From Macrostomum lignano (taxonomy: Eukaryota), in contig NIVC01002670.1 of the NCBI GenBank assembly GCA_002269645.1, positions 86,619-150,618 of the forward strand: a DNA stretch of 64,000 nucleotides. The letters run 5' to 3'. Of this stretch, positions 52,870-64,000 are shown in pieces. Position 1 is the stretch's first letter. Each line of letters begins with the position of its first letter. The notes under the pieces were generated by a model. That model ran no database searches. It was not told the DNA's origin and saw only the letters and a program-made list of their open reading frames with translations. The translations under genes and the position numbers were made by a program.

Positions 52870-54960
52870 CTTGAGTCAGTCTACGCGCACTGGACCGAGG
52901 TTGAAACGCACGACAGCCTTCGTGACTTCGTGACTATTCTAACTACAACACTACTTGACACCTACTGGCATCGCGGTCAGACCGCAGTACTGACCACGGT
53001 TGGCTCGGACGGCCGACCTCGGCTGCGACAGCACAGCATCAGCATAATAGCAGGGACACACAGAGGGAAGCGCAGCGCACAGCGCCGTTCTGAGCGGAGG
53101 CGCCAGAGCAACCGGTGAGGGCGACTCCGTGGCGCAGCCAGACGCCAGTCGCCTCCGGCCTCTGCTACCACAAACCTGGATCCGCCGGTTGGCGCCGGGG
53201 ACCAAGACCCCCAGCTGTACCAGGTGGCCGCCTGAGGCTCTGCAATCTGAACTGCCGGGCCCTAATGGCCCACTGTTGGTGGTGCTGCTCGGGGACCTAG
53301 ATGCAGTTACGCGGACATGGATGCGTTGGAGCACCTGCTCGACCGGCTGGACCTGGTGTCCGCTAACACTCAGTTACACAAGCCTCCCTCGCGCCTGGTC
53401 ACCTTTGCGGGCTGCAAGAGGAGGCGCACAATGCACGCGAGCGGAACACAACGAAGTGGTTAGCGCAACTCGATCACGCGCTGGTCCCGACTCGCCGCGT
53501 CGTTTACTGCGACACCGTCCAGCTCCAGATTGACAAGCTAGTCAAAGTGGCTCCCATCGCCGGCCTTGTGGTCAAAACGCTTAAAGACCAAGGTGCTCAC
53601 CGTGCTGACTGACATCCCCAGTGGACCTGACATGACATGCCGCGGCGCAGACGGGTGGAAGACCCTACTCCTTCGGATTCGCCTGGCCGGCCTATCGATC
53701 CATCCGGATCGTCCTTCAGTCAGAAGCGCTGGCCAACCGCCAGAGGGCTCGGTTCTGGCAGGCGGTAGTCGACACCATCCTATTGTACAATGCCGAGACG
53801 TGGACGCTGACGGCCATGCTGAAGCGGCAGCTGGACTCGGCGGCTGCTCCGCGAAGCCTTTTGCCCCCAGCCTCTGCAGGACAGGCTGCTGCTCCAAGCC
53901 TCTGCAGGACAGGCTGCTGCCCCAAGCCTCTGCAGGACAGGCTGCTGCCCCAAGCCTCTGCAGGACAGGCTGCTGCCCCAAGCCTCTGCAGGACAGGCTG
54001 CTGCCCCAAGCCTCTGCAGGACAGGCTGCTGCCCCAAGCCTCTGCAGGACAGGCTGCTGCCCCAAGCCTCTGCAGGACAGGCTGCTGCCCCAAGCCTCTG
54101 CAGGACAGGCTGCTGCCCCAAGCCTCTGCAGGACAGGCTGCTGCCCCAAGCCTCTGCAGGACAGGCTGCTGCCCCAAGCCTCTGCAGGACAGGCTGCTGC
54201 CCCAAGCCTCTGCAGGACAGGCTGCTGCTCCAAGCCTCTGCAGGACAGGCTGCTGCCCCAAGCCTCTGCAGGACAGGCTGCTGCCCCAAGCCTCTGCAGG
54301 ACAGGCTGCTGCCCCAAGCCTCTGCAGGACAGGCTGCTGCCCCAAGCCTCTGCAGGACAGGCTGCTGCCCCAAGCCTCTGCAGGACAGGCTGCTGCTCCA
54401 AGCCTCTGCAGGACAGGCTGCTGCCCCAAGCCTCTGCAGGACAGGCTGCTGCCCCAAGCCTCTGCAGGACAGGCTGCTGCCCCAAGCCTCTGCAGGACAG
54501 GCTGCTGCCCCAAGCCTCTGCAGGACAGGCTGCTGCCCCAAGCCTCTGCAGGACAGGCTGCTGCCCCAAGCCTCTGCAGGACAGGCTGCTGCCCCAAGCC
54601 TCTGCAGGACAGGCTGCTGCCCCAAGCCTCTGCAGGACAGGCTGCTGCCCCAAGCCTCTGCAGGACAGGCTGCTGCTCATATTGCAGGGCACATTTAGGC
54701 GGGGCAAGGCCGGCATCCGTCGATACTCTACTCTTCTGGATTGCGTCATTTGTTTTTTCTTCGGGTCGCGGTCATTGTCGCTAGACGTTGCCGATAGGGC
54801 CGGATGCCTAGCACCATACAGCCAGGGGGCGCGGCTGAGCAACCCCACGCGGGCGGACAGCAGACGACGGAGTCCAATTTGCGGCCTGCGGCGAGTGACC
54901 GAGTCCCGGAGCGCAGGGCTCCTCCGCAGGCGCCTTACGCTGTAAAAACCGCCGCCCGCC
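52870..54960 (+). mobile_element. Scrambled RTE-like LINE remnant (APE and RT C-terminal pieces)
   Basis: RLCNLNCR, VVLLGDLDA, LEHLLDRLDLVSANTQ..KPPSRLVTF and ILLYNAETWTLTAMLKRQLDSAAA. A further minus-strand piece at 55040-55250 reads LYRAETL. Confidence 0.7.
53866..54676. repeat. 28-bp minisatellite (GCTGCTGCCCCAAGCCTCTGCAGGACAG), about 29 copies, inside the RTE remnant
   Basis: Direct observation. The 28-aa periodicity of the spurious ORFs equals three units. Confidence 0.96.
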
Positions 54961-55349
54961 GCCAACCCAACGGTGAAGTCCTCAAACTGAGGTGGAAGAC
55001 AGAACTCGACAGGCTGCATATCCGAATGGGAGACCAATTAGTCACCCCGTCACCGGCAGGGTGGCACAGTGCTTTTGCCTCGCTGACGGGGCGTCCAGGT
55101 GCGCGACGTGGACGCTGGTCTCATGCCCCCGCGTCATGAGCCTCGGCGTTATGCGTATCAAAGTTTCAGCCCTGTACAACCTTTTCCATATTAGTACATG
55201 TATATTGAAGTCCGCTGTGTCCATGAAAACTATAAGTGGCGAATGAGTTCTGATCACATAAAAATGATGTGCTGCAGTTCTTTCTCTATGCTAATCGGCT
55301 GTCATTTTTTTAAACAGGAAGTTCGAACGACACCAAGAAGCTTCGCGGC

Positions 55350-58300
55350 ATGCTGCCAGCCGCGCTGATGTCAACAGCCGCGGTCCAGCGCAAGGTTAGA
55401 AAATGCTTGGTTTGCTTGCACCCAGATGGCCACGCAGGGATGAGTCTCGCTTCTTAGAAAATAATTGACTGGCTGGATTTGCGCGAGAAGATAAATCAGC
55501 TGGAATCTTTAATTAACTTTGTAATAATTAAAAAGTCCATTCCATTTTTCATATCACGTACGAGCTGTTTTAGGTATATTAGTCAATATTTTTCAGTGAC
55601 TTGGAATGTTTTACAATGAAATCTTTAGTAATCAATTTCAGTTATTTTATCAAAAGTGACAATAATTAGAAAAAGCCGACACTACTGCAATGACACACAT
55701 ACATTTACACAGCAAGTCTTGGTAAAGGAAAGATTTGAAAATATTATGGAGCTGTGTCATTTTCAGTATTGTACGAAACTTTCAAAAATGAGATCGAGGC
55801 TCAATACATAGGTTCATAAAAATTTTCGAAGCTTTGAAACAGGTCATTCATTAATTGAATAATTTGTCTTCGCTCTGTTGCGGATACTTTTAAGCCTAGT
55901 TGATTTTTTTCTCCAGAAAATAAAAAAGTTCCTATCTCAGTCGATTCACTTAAGTCGTTCTTGGTTGCACCACTTTTGGTTGTGTGACTTTTCACTCAAC
56001 TTTTCACTCACCCTGCCAGGCTGCTCACAGATTTTCCCTAGTATCGGTCACGCGTCTGGTGACAGCCCTCCTCCTGCTGCACCTGCGGGCTCCGCTTGGC
56101 GACTGCCGGCTGCTGCACGTCGGCCTGGTGTTCCGCCACGGGCACCGGTCGCCGATCCACCCGCTGCCAAACGACACCTACACAGTGGCCAACACTTGGC
56201 GCGACGGGCTGGGCCAGCTCACTAATATTGGCAAGCGGAACCAGTTCGAATTGGGCAAATTTATTCGCAAGCGGTACGGCGAGTTTCTCGGATCCAGGTG
56301 AGCTGGCGTTGATTGAAAGGTGCAACAATGTGTTTAGTCCGAGGTTCGATTGACAAGTTCATTTATATATATTAGTTGGGTTCTCCAAATATGAGAATAC
56401 ATGCACAATGGACGCAATAGAAAAAATACGTATACACTGGGAAGAATTTTAAACGCAGCTCTCTACCTAGAAGCAAACGCAACTCATCCAGAAAGTGCAC
56501 ACCTGTCTATGGTTCAGATCGAGCTTCAGAAACGCGTGTAGCCTCCTCTCGCAAGTAACAGGTCGTTGACTCGACGCGGAATTTCCAGAACAAAGCGTCG
56601 AACGCAATCCTGGGGAATTTCCTGACACTTTTCGCAGCATTCCACAGTTCAACGGCTGTCTACGGGGGATTCTACGCTCCGTTCCACACGCAGCACGCAC
56701 CATTTTCAGCAGGCGTTGATCTGGCCTCGCCTGTAAACTGCAAAGTTGGTGAAGCGTGAGTCACGCTTCCAGTGGCTCTGCTCTTCTGTTGAAGACGTAA
56801 AACTGTTGAAGGTGACATGTGACCTTCGAAGTGGTTAACAACTGTCATCTGTTGAACTTTTCTCTCTGCAGGATCACTCTATCTAAATAACCGTGGCGTT
56901 TAATTTAGTCTAACAAGCATAAATTTTGTCCATAGCGGCTCTATAAATTCACCAGTAGATTTTCTTTTAGACATGACTGTCACAAGCAGTGAGGGGGCCG
57001 TAGCCCAGTGGTCTAGCGCAGGCTCTGGTGTGCCAGCGGCCCAGGCTCGATTCCAAGTGCAGTCACATTAATTTGGGGCTGAATTGGAATCTCGGCTTGG
57101 CTCTGCTCGTGCAATTAACGGCCTTGAGAGCCAACCCCCAAGGCGCAGTGAAGTGTACATGCCTAACGATAAATAAAGTTAGGGCCGCTGTACACTCCTG
57201 TGTGAGTGTGTGCCTGCGTACGTATCCGCGCGCTTGTGTGCCTGCTCAGGGGAGTCGGCAGAATTGGCAGTAATGCCTCTCGCCGGTTGTGTGCCTATGT
57301 CGCTTAAAGTGCGCCAGGGTGCACACAACCCCCCTGCCTCTAATAAAAAAGTCACAAGCAGTGAGGACGAAAGCAGTGCATATCTGCAGTTGCTGTGAAG
57401 TAGTAATATCAGCCTAGAATTGTGGACCATATGCTAGACTGTCGAAAGAACGCAAAGGGCTTGTCATGGAAGCTTAATTTTGACCATGCTACGCTCCTAA
57501 AATAATATTTTTGCACTTTTGACGTCACCTTGCTTAAACAAGACAGAAAAGGATTTTTAATCGCGAGTACGCGTCAATATTTTCGTCCTTGTTTTGTGAG
57601 GCTGTTTTTCTCGCTAAAATTTATGGGTTTAAGAGGTTTATCAGCAACAATTTTCATTTCGAAAATTTCGCCTTGCAAGTAGCCCCTGTAATTAGCTGAT
57701 GCTCAAAGCTGCAATTTCCAGCTGGAGAAGGGTGTACAGCGCTAAACGATTGATTTTCAACAGTCTTAGTGAGGCAAATTTGAAGAACAAGACAGTTGCT
57801 GGGCTGATTGTCTGCTTTTACTTAGCATTTTGGAAAGCGTCCACTCGCTTCATCAACCGTTCAACCTGTTTTGAGAACTCTGGTTTAATACTGATAATTG
57901 CAACGGCTAATTTGACGATTTTTTTCCGTTGCACTGCGTCATGGATGCAAAGTTCAAGTTCAAGTTCAAGTTTGTCAAAACATGTTGAACATTTCAACAG
58001 GGCGTTGCCACAGGCGGTCACAATTGGATGCAAAAATGTCAATATCGCAGTAGTGCAGGCTTTCCAAAACAGAAAGTATGAAGGAGGTGCAGAATCTTCG
58101 GCTTTAGCTAATCCTAAGAGCATTTATGCTGATTGTACTTAGCAATGTTCAAGCATTCAAGCAAGATGAAAGTGCTAATAGTATAGCTATAGGGTTGAAA
58201 CAACAGCGAAAGGAACAATTAAAATTCAGTGTGTCTAGAAGTGAGAGCAGCATTTCATGGTGCGCCTCATGGCTTAAGGCTGACATCCAGGGCGCCGGTG

Positions 58301-61133
58301 GGAGCGCCGGTGGGAGCGTCGGTCGCCGGTGTTCACACAGGATGTACAGCAGCCCTGACTGTCCAATCGTCAGGCATGTACAGTCTCTGTGCCTTGGGGC
58401 TGGCCCTCATTGGTCGTGAATGGCTCAACGACCCCGACAAAATTTCGTGTGCAAGCTTTCAATTAATGAGGCTGCACAGGGAATCGAGGAATCGAACCAA
58501 CAGCCGTAGCGTGAGAGTCAGGCGCGTTTACCGCTGAGCCGATCTGCCCCAAACTACTCGTCTGGCCCTTTATCAACTGCAGTCAGTTTTTAGAATCAAA
58601 ATCAATAAGGAAATGCATCGAAAAATCTGCTTCCGATTTTGCATTCATTAAGCCTTTCAGTTTTATTGGTCACTGAATAGAGAGAGTGATTTCTTATTTT
58701 TTGCTTTAACCCAATAATCCAAACCCAATAATTTAATTATATTTCCTTTTTAGAAAATTAATTGCTCAGTCTATCTCTATGCAGCGCTAATTAAAGAGCG
58801 GGAAGTCTCGTTTACCTAGGATTACCTATTCTGAGTAGAGTAGGGATCCTAGCGAGCATGAATTAGCGCTATTGCCTATTTTCTTCCCTGCAAACCAATT
58901 TAACTCTGAAAAAATAAGGTAATTTCGTAACAGGCTTTCGTAATGCATTGTCTAGATGTAGAGCTTTTTGCTACCGATTTGGTTTGGATCTTTACTTCGG
59001 GATCCATCCCGTTGCTTAACTTGACATCCCCATTTGCATGATTTACTTGTGCGGCATTCTGCTTAACAGCCCCAGTCTACTGCACTGACTTGCCAGGTAC
59101 AACAGCAGCGAGCACCGCGTCCGATCCAGCGACATCGACCGCACGCTGATGAGCGCGCAGGCCTGCCTGGCGGGCCTGTTCCCGCCAACTGGCGACCAGG
59201 TGTGGCAGGCGGGCCTCAGCTGGCAGCCGATTCCGGTACACACGGTGGCTAGCAGCGCGGACCCGATGCTGCTGCCCAGCGATTTCGAAGGCTGCAGACA
59301 GCGATTTGTCCAACTAACGACGGAGGCTCGTCGCAACTCGTCGGAGCGGCGACGCTTAGAAGTTGAGATGGCCGGCTTTCTGCGCCGCCTGTCGGCCGAG
59401 GCCGGCTCGGGACGCGGGTCAATTACGCTCAACAATGTCTACAAGGTAAGCCGCGGATGTTGCCATTGTTGTAGCCTTGCTTTCCGTTGTGCCCCGACAT
59501 ACGGTAGCTAATTGTACACCACCGTTGCCACATGGAGGCGCTGCCCGTCAGGAGCTGAGCCAGTTTCGCCCCAGCAGCGCTAATTGTATTGGCTCCAACT
59601 CATTTTTGAGTCGGAAATCTAATGCATTTGCATCACGCGTCGTCTGCATCGTCCCAGTTCCTGTTAGGGACCTTCGATTGGATCAGCAGACTTAGGGAGG
59701 CAGATTCCTTTAATTAAAGGATGCATGGCATTGTCACATGCACTTACTGTCGTAATTTTTATACGACTAGACATTAACGTTCTTCATGAACTTCTGTCAT
59801 TGGTTTTTATGGCACAGTGCAGCTGTTACAGGCACCGAGTCCAGAAGTCGAAAGACACGAGAAACTTTGGGGGGGGGGTTCCAGGCCAAGATTTTTTACT
59901 TCGAGAGGTGAACTCTGGATAAGATGGGATGATGGATAGGATTGATAGACTTTATTAATCGCTCAATAAAAACTATACGGATTTGTTCATCTCCAATAAA
60001 AGGGCCTTACATAAGCATTTATCATAATTATTAATTAATTTTAGAGAGTAACTTGCAATCTTGTCCCCCCTTCGGGGCGCCCCATTAGCAAGGGACGGAA
60101 ATTATTTACGTGAATCCTATTTGCCTTGACTTCTTAGCAATTCCCCAGTAAGCCTTGACATCTCAGCAATTCCCCAGTAAGCCTTGACATCTCAACGATT
60201 CCCCAGTAAGCCTTGACATCTCAGCAATCCCCCCAGTAAGCCTTGACATCTCAGCAATTCCCCCAGTAAGCCTTGACATCTCAGCAATCGTCCCAGTAAG
60301 CCTTGACATCTCAGCAATCCCCCCAATAAGCCTTGACATCTCAGCAATTCCCCAGTAAGCCTTGACATTTCAGCAATCATTGAGAGCATCTTGCCGCCCC
60401 ACCTTGACAGGTGATTGACACTCTGATGGTGCTTCGCACAGCCAATCTCAGCCTGCCAGCCTGGGCCCTGGTGCCGGACACTCAGCTTCGCCTGCGCCAG
60501 CTCGGCCGGTTCTCCTGGTCGGAATTCGCCAGCACCGCGGAGCTGCGACAAATGCGAAGCGGCGTCCTGATAGACGACCTCCTGTCCGGCATGGAGGACG
60601 CGGCCGCTGGCCGAGGCCGACGCCTGATGATCTACTCTGGCCACGATGTGACCCTGGTGCCGCTTCTAGCCGCCCTTGGCAACAAGGACTACTCGGTGTG
60701 GCCGAACTACGCCGCCTGCCTGATGTTCGAGCTGCACGCAACTGCAGCCGGGAACGGCTCGCTGGCCGAGGTGAAAATCTTCTACAGGAATGACAGCCAG
60801 GCGGAGCCGCTGCCCATCCGGGTCCCCGGCTGCGGCTCCGGCCTTGCCTGTCCGCTGCACCGACTGGCTGCGCTGCTGGCCGGCTGCCGCCTCAGCCCCG
60901 GCCAGTTCCGCAGCCTCTGCCTCGGCGACTCGGGACACGATGGCACTGGCCAAGCCGTGTCCTTGGACTCAACTATTACTAGAATTCTCATTGCCGTAGC
61001 CGTGGCGCTGCCATCAGTCATCCTGCTGCTAGCTGCTGTTCATTTTTTCTGGCTGCGCAGCTGGCTTGGCAGACGGCGCGATGAGTCACCGACAGTGGCC
61101 TATCACAGCCTGCTGAGCGAGGTCGAAAACTAG
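55350..61133 (+). CDS. ACP2: Lysosomal/prostatic-type histidine acid phosphatase, type I membrane protein
   Basis: Exons 55350-55394 (tentative), 56020-56297, 59097-59445 and 60411-61133 are phase-consistent (0, 2, 0). Catalytic [34 protein letters not shown] and YSGHD. C-terminal TM helix and YHSL sorting motif. AATAAA at 61270-61275. Confidence 0.9.
56995..57350 (+). mobile_element. tRNA-derived SINE, full length
   Basis: A box TAGCCCAGTGG (57001), B box GGCTCGATTCC (57045) and an A-rich tail AATAAAAAA. 16-bp TSD GTCACAAGCAGTGAGG at 56979-56994 and 57351-57366. Confidence 0.92.
58250..58550 (-). mobile_element. Second tRNA-derived SINE (different head, shared central domain)
   Basis: Minus strand reads GGGGCAGATCGGCTCAGCGG (A box) and GGTTCGATTCC (B box at 58498-58488). 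Core at 58404-58334 is homologous to 57130-57204. No TSD found. Confidence 0.8.
60130..60378. repeat. 30-bp minisatellite (GCCTTGACATCTCAGCAATTCCCCCAGTAA) ending next to the last phosphatase exon
   Basis: Direct periodicity. Its reverse complement resembles the 13190-13810 unit. Confidence 0.92.
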
Positions 61134-63305
61134 CTGGTTGTACATGTAGTTAGGCTAATACACACACCGCAATACTGGTTATTACAGAATCTGTAATCTG
61201 TAGGTTGCGGTCAAATAGTTTCTTTGCAATCTATTTAATTTGATTAGCCATTTGCCGGATAACTCTGACAATAAAGCCTGCTAAGGATGAAAATCGCAGT
61301 CCGTCGTATTGTAAATTTAGGAATCCAGCGCAGATTACGATCACGATCGAACTATTAGTGAGTATACAGGGGCTGAGAATTCGAAGCTTTTATTCTAATA
61401 GAAAGCGTCAGTCAGAATTAGAGTCTAGTTTCAGAGAAATCTCCCCTCTCTACCCGGGGAGAATCCGGGGCTCCGGAGTCGAGGCCACAGTTCAGAGCAA
61501 AAGGTACAAATACCGTAGAGTAGCATCTTGCAGAGGTAGCTTTATGAGTCGCTGAAACATCACTAGCTCGTATATTAGGCTTTTTGACAGTGCTCGAAAG
61601 GGACGGCCTAAGATTAGTCGGAGCGGGATTCGAGCATTGTCCCCATCGAAACACCCCGTAATTAAGGAGTACATGTACTACTACACTCTAGCGACACTTT
61701 AAGCCGCAGGCTACGGAGAAAGTTTCTTATCTATACTGTTGTTGTTGCAGCGTCTTGTCTCGAACTGCAGTCTGGATTTTAGTGTTGAAAGACCATTTTT
61801 AGTATACGGATTCTGTGCCTTCTTGCGCCAGGAAATTTTAGCGCTCGCTGGAGTATTTTAGTGGGCTGCCTGCAAACTTTATGGGTGAATAATTATACAT
61901 ACACATTTAGAATTATTTGGACTTTCAATAAATTTTCATGACTTCAGTTAGAAATATCCTCGCTTTGGCAACTAACGGTAGAAAAAGAGTTCATTTGACA
62001 GACTTGTGTTGGAAAATATGAATAAAGCGTATTTTTAGCTTCAATTTTCACTTTTAGTATACAGGACTAACACTATTACCATCTGCTTAATTGTATTAGC
62101 TGAATAAAATTATTTCGATGAAAGCCCTCTGTCAGCTTCTCTGTAGTCTCATTATTCGCATTTAACGGTGCGCGCGTGGCTATATCGTGTTCTTAGAAAA
62201 ATAAAAGGTATCTAGCTTATATTTTAGACATTGTTTGTTCCAATTCATCAATTTTATGACTTGGAAGTGGTGTCTTGTGAGTAATTTACTCTCTAAACTA
62301 GAACGGTCTTCCTGATCCTGTTTTATTTTTTAGTGCATAGAGACGACTAGGCTAAATTTGTTTTCTTGGTTATGGCAGATCCGGCTATGTTGCTAATTTT
62401 AAATCAAGAACCACTCAATACTAGGGACGTGAATAAGCTTCTATCTTCTTAGTGCTTTCCATTAAGGTGACAGTGAATTTGTGTCTGTGGTAAAAAACCT
62501 ATTCAAGCAATGCTTTTTCGAGGACTGAGTTATTAATAGATCAACCTCCAACTTTTGTCGTTTCCTGTCCCTAGTGTTGAGCAAAGTCTGTTTGAAGCAG
62601 ATAGTGACGGCTCGCTACGTTGATTTACTAAAAGCATACTAGGCGACATCAACACATGTACTATTGAGTAATTGCAAACTCTCACCGAAAAATCTCACTT
62701 TCAAACTCTCCCAAGCCTAGCTATAGCGGTCCGTTCCGTTTACTTTACACTAAAAGCAGGATTTTCTGGGTAAATATTTTTACCTAAATGATTATTTGCG
62801 TTATTAAAATTTCGTTACAATGCTATTCAATAAAGGGCTCTTTCCTAGTTTAAATGCTCTTTCAATGTGGGATTAACCAACAAGCAAATTATGAGCATAC
62901 AGTATACCAATTAAAATTTATATGCGAATACATGTACAAGAATGTTAACAATACCGGTAGCATCAGTGAGAACAATGGACTACAGTAATAATCTGTATAT
63001 TCTAACAATATCTCCGTGAGAATTCTAGAATATTGGAAACTAAACTAACAGTTTCATCTTCATTGTTCGTACATAAACATGGCTATGTATGGCTACGCAA
63101 GATTCGGCTTATAGGAGCTTCTGCAGCCTTCTTCTTGCAGCAGTGCGCTCCTTTTCTCCGCTAAACCTGCGCATTCTCAGCCTGCACCAATGATGCCGAC
63201 GAACCCATGAGTACAGTCTCATGGTAGGTAGTTGCAGACTATTTAACATGTTCTTCACAGCAGGGTAGACTAACTCCAGAAATGCTTATATCAGGATGCA
63301 TGCCA

Positions 63306-63728
63306 TCACGTCAGTGCAGCAGCGAGTTGCAGACGTCTCGTAGCGAAATAAAGCTCCACTTCATCAAATACAGCGATGCTGATTCCAACGGCTGACATGA
63401 CATGAAAGGTTAAAGCTGTGTCAGACTTCGGACAGCAACTGACTTTTCCACGCACTGCAGTTAAAGGTCGTGACTGTTCGCAGCGTGTAGCCACCAATGT
63501 ACACAGCATGACTTCTTCCACTTCGATCCGATCCATTGCAACGGGGCAAGCCACGTCTGGGCCATCCAATCTTTGAAAAGATTCCTGACTCAGCGCTACA
63601 TCGCCATCGCATTCGCAGGTTTCGCTGGCGCTTAGTTGTTCGGCGATCCCCGACGGCGCCGGCAGAGTGCAATGCAGCAGTTCCGGTTTTTCGTTGAAAC
63701 CGTTACGAATTGTAGCAAAACTGCAGTT
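63306..63728 (-). CDS. Possible terminal exon of an unidentified Cys-rich protein
   Basis: ttctag| acceptor at 63729, then about 140 open codons (NCSFATIRNG...CECDGDVAL...CCPKSD...) ending in TGA. No family recognised. Confidence 0.3.
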   Translation of the reverse strand, partial: NCSFATIRNGFNEKPELLHCTLPAPSGIAEQLSASETCECDGDVALSQESFQRLDGPDVACPVAMDRIEVEEVMLCTLVATRCEQSRPLTAVRGKVSCCPKSDTALTFHVMSAVGISIAVFDEVELYFATRRLQLAAALT

Positions 63729-64000
63729 CTAGAAGTAATAGTATGCTATACTGTGTTAACACTAGTACGCTCGTATATGCTATATCCATAGATATGTGCT
63801 GGATATTCTCTCACTTACGTCAACATGTTCTTGGCGTCAGACATCTCAGACAGACATAGCTGACATTTTTGTTACCAATTAAGCTCGCTATCAACTGTTT
63901 CGCAGAGGCGGATCGACAGCAGCCAGCCTCCTTAAATGGCATACGAGTCTAGTTTGCATTCCTTGTGAAGCTCACGAGATGGAATTTCCAGCTGATAACT

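Noticed and set aside
58343-58382. Hammerhead ribozyme in the SINE core (CTGACGA)
   Set aside because: No stem II followed by GAAA, and the other SINE copy has CTAACGA.

Overview
Animal genomic DNA with GC-rich spliced exons and introns packed with minisatellites. The style resembles the flatworm Macrostomum, but the species is an inference only. 1-23.3 kb holds five co-oriented minus-strand genes. In transcription order they are CLP1, FBXW9, TPC2, TRMT2B and a C2H2 zinc-finger gene, with exon structures reconstructed by hand from phase-consistent splice sites. 23.4-39.3 kb is a transposon graveyard: a BEL/Pao integrase remnant, hAT MITEs with 8-bp TSDs (two carrying a 28S rRNA-derived segment), a mariner remnant, and a Gypsy remnant split by a LINE, with strongly CpG-depleted patches. 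An intronless class A GPCR lies at 39.8-40.9 kb. A near-full-length Ingi/I-group LINE (42128-46640, 12-bp TSD) is nested in an RTE-like LINE. Its ORF carries a ubiquitin C-terminus mimic (LHRVLRLRGG) just before an NLS-like run and the APE endonuclease, which is the most striking observation. A lysosomal-type acid phosphatase gene (55.35-61.13 kb) has two tRNA-derived SINEs in one intron that share a covarying hairpin core. All family assignments come from motifs recognised by eye; no database searches were run.
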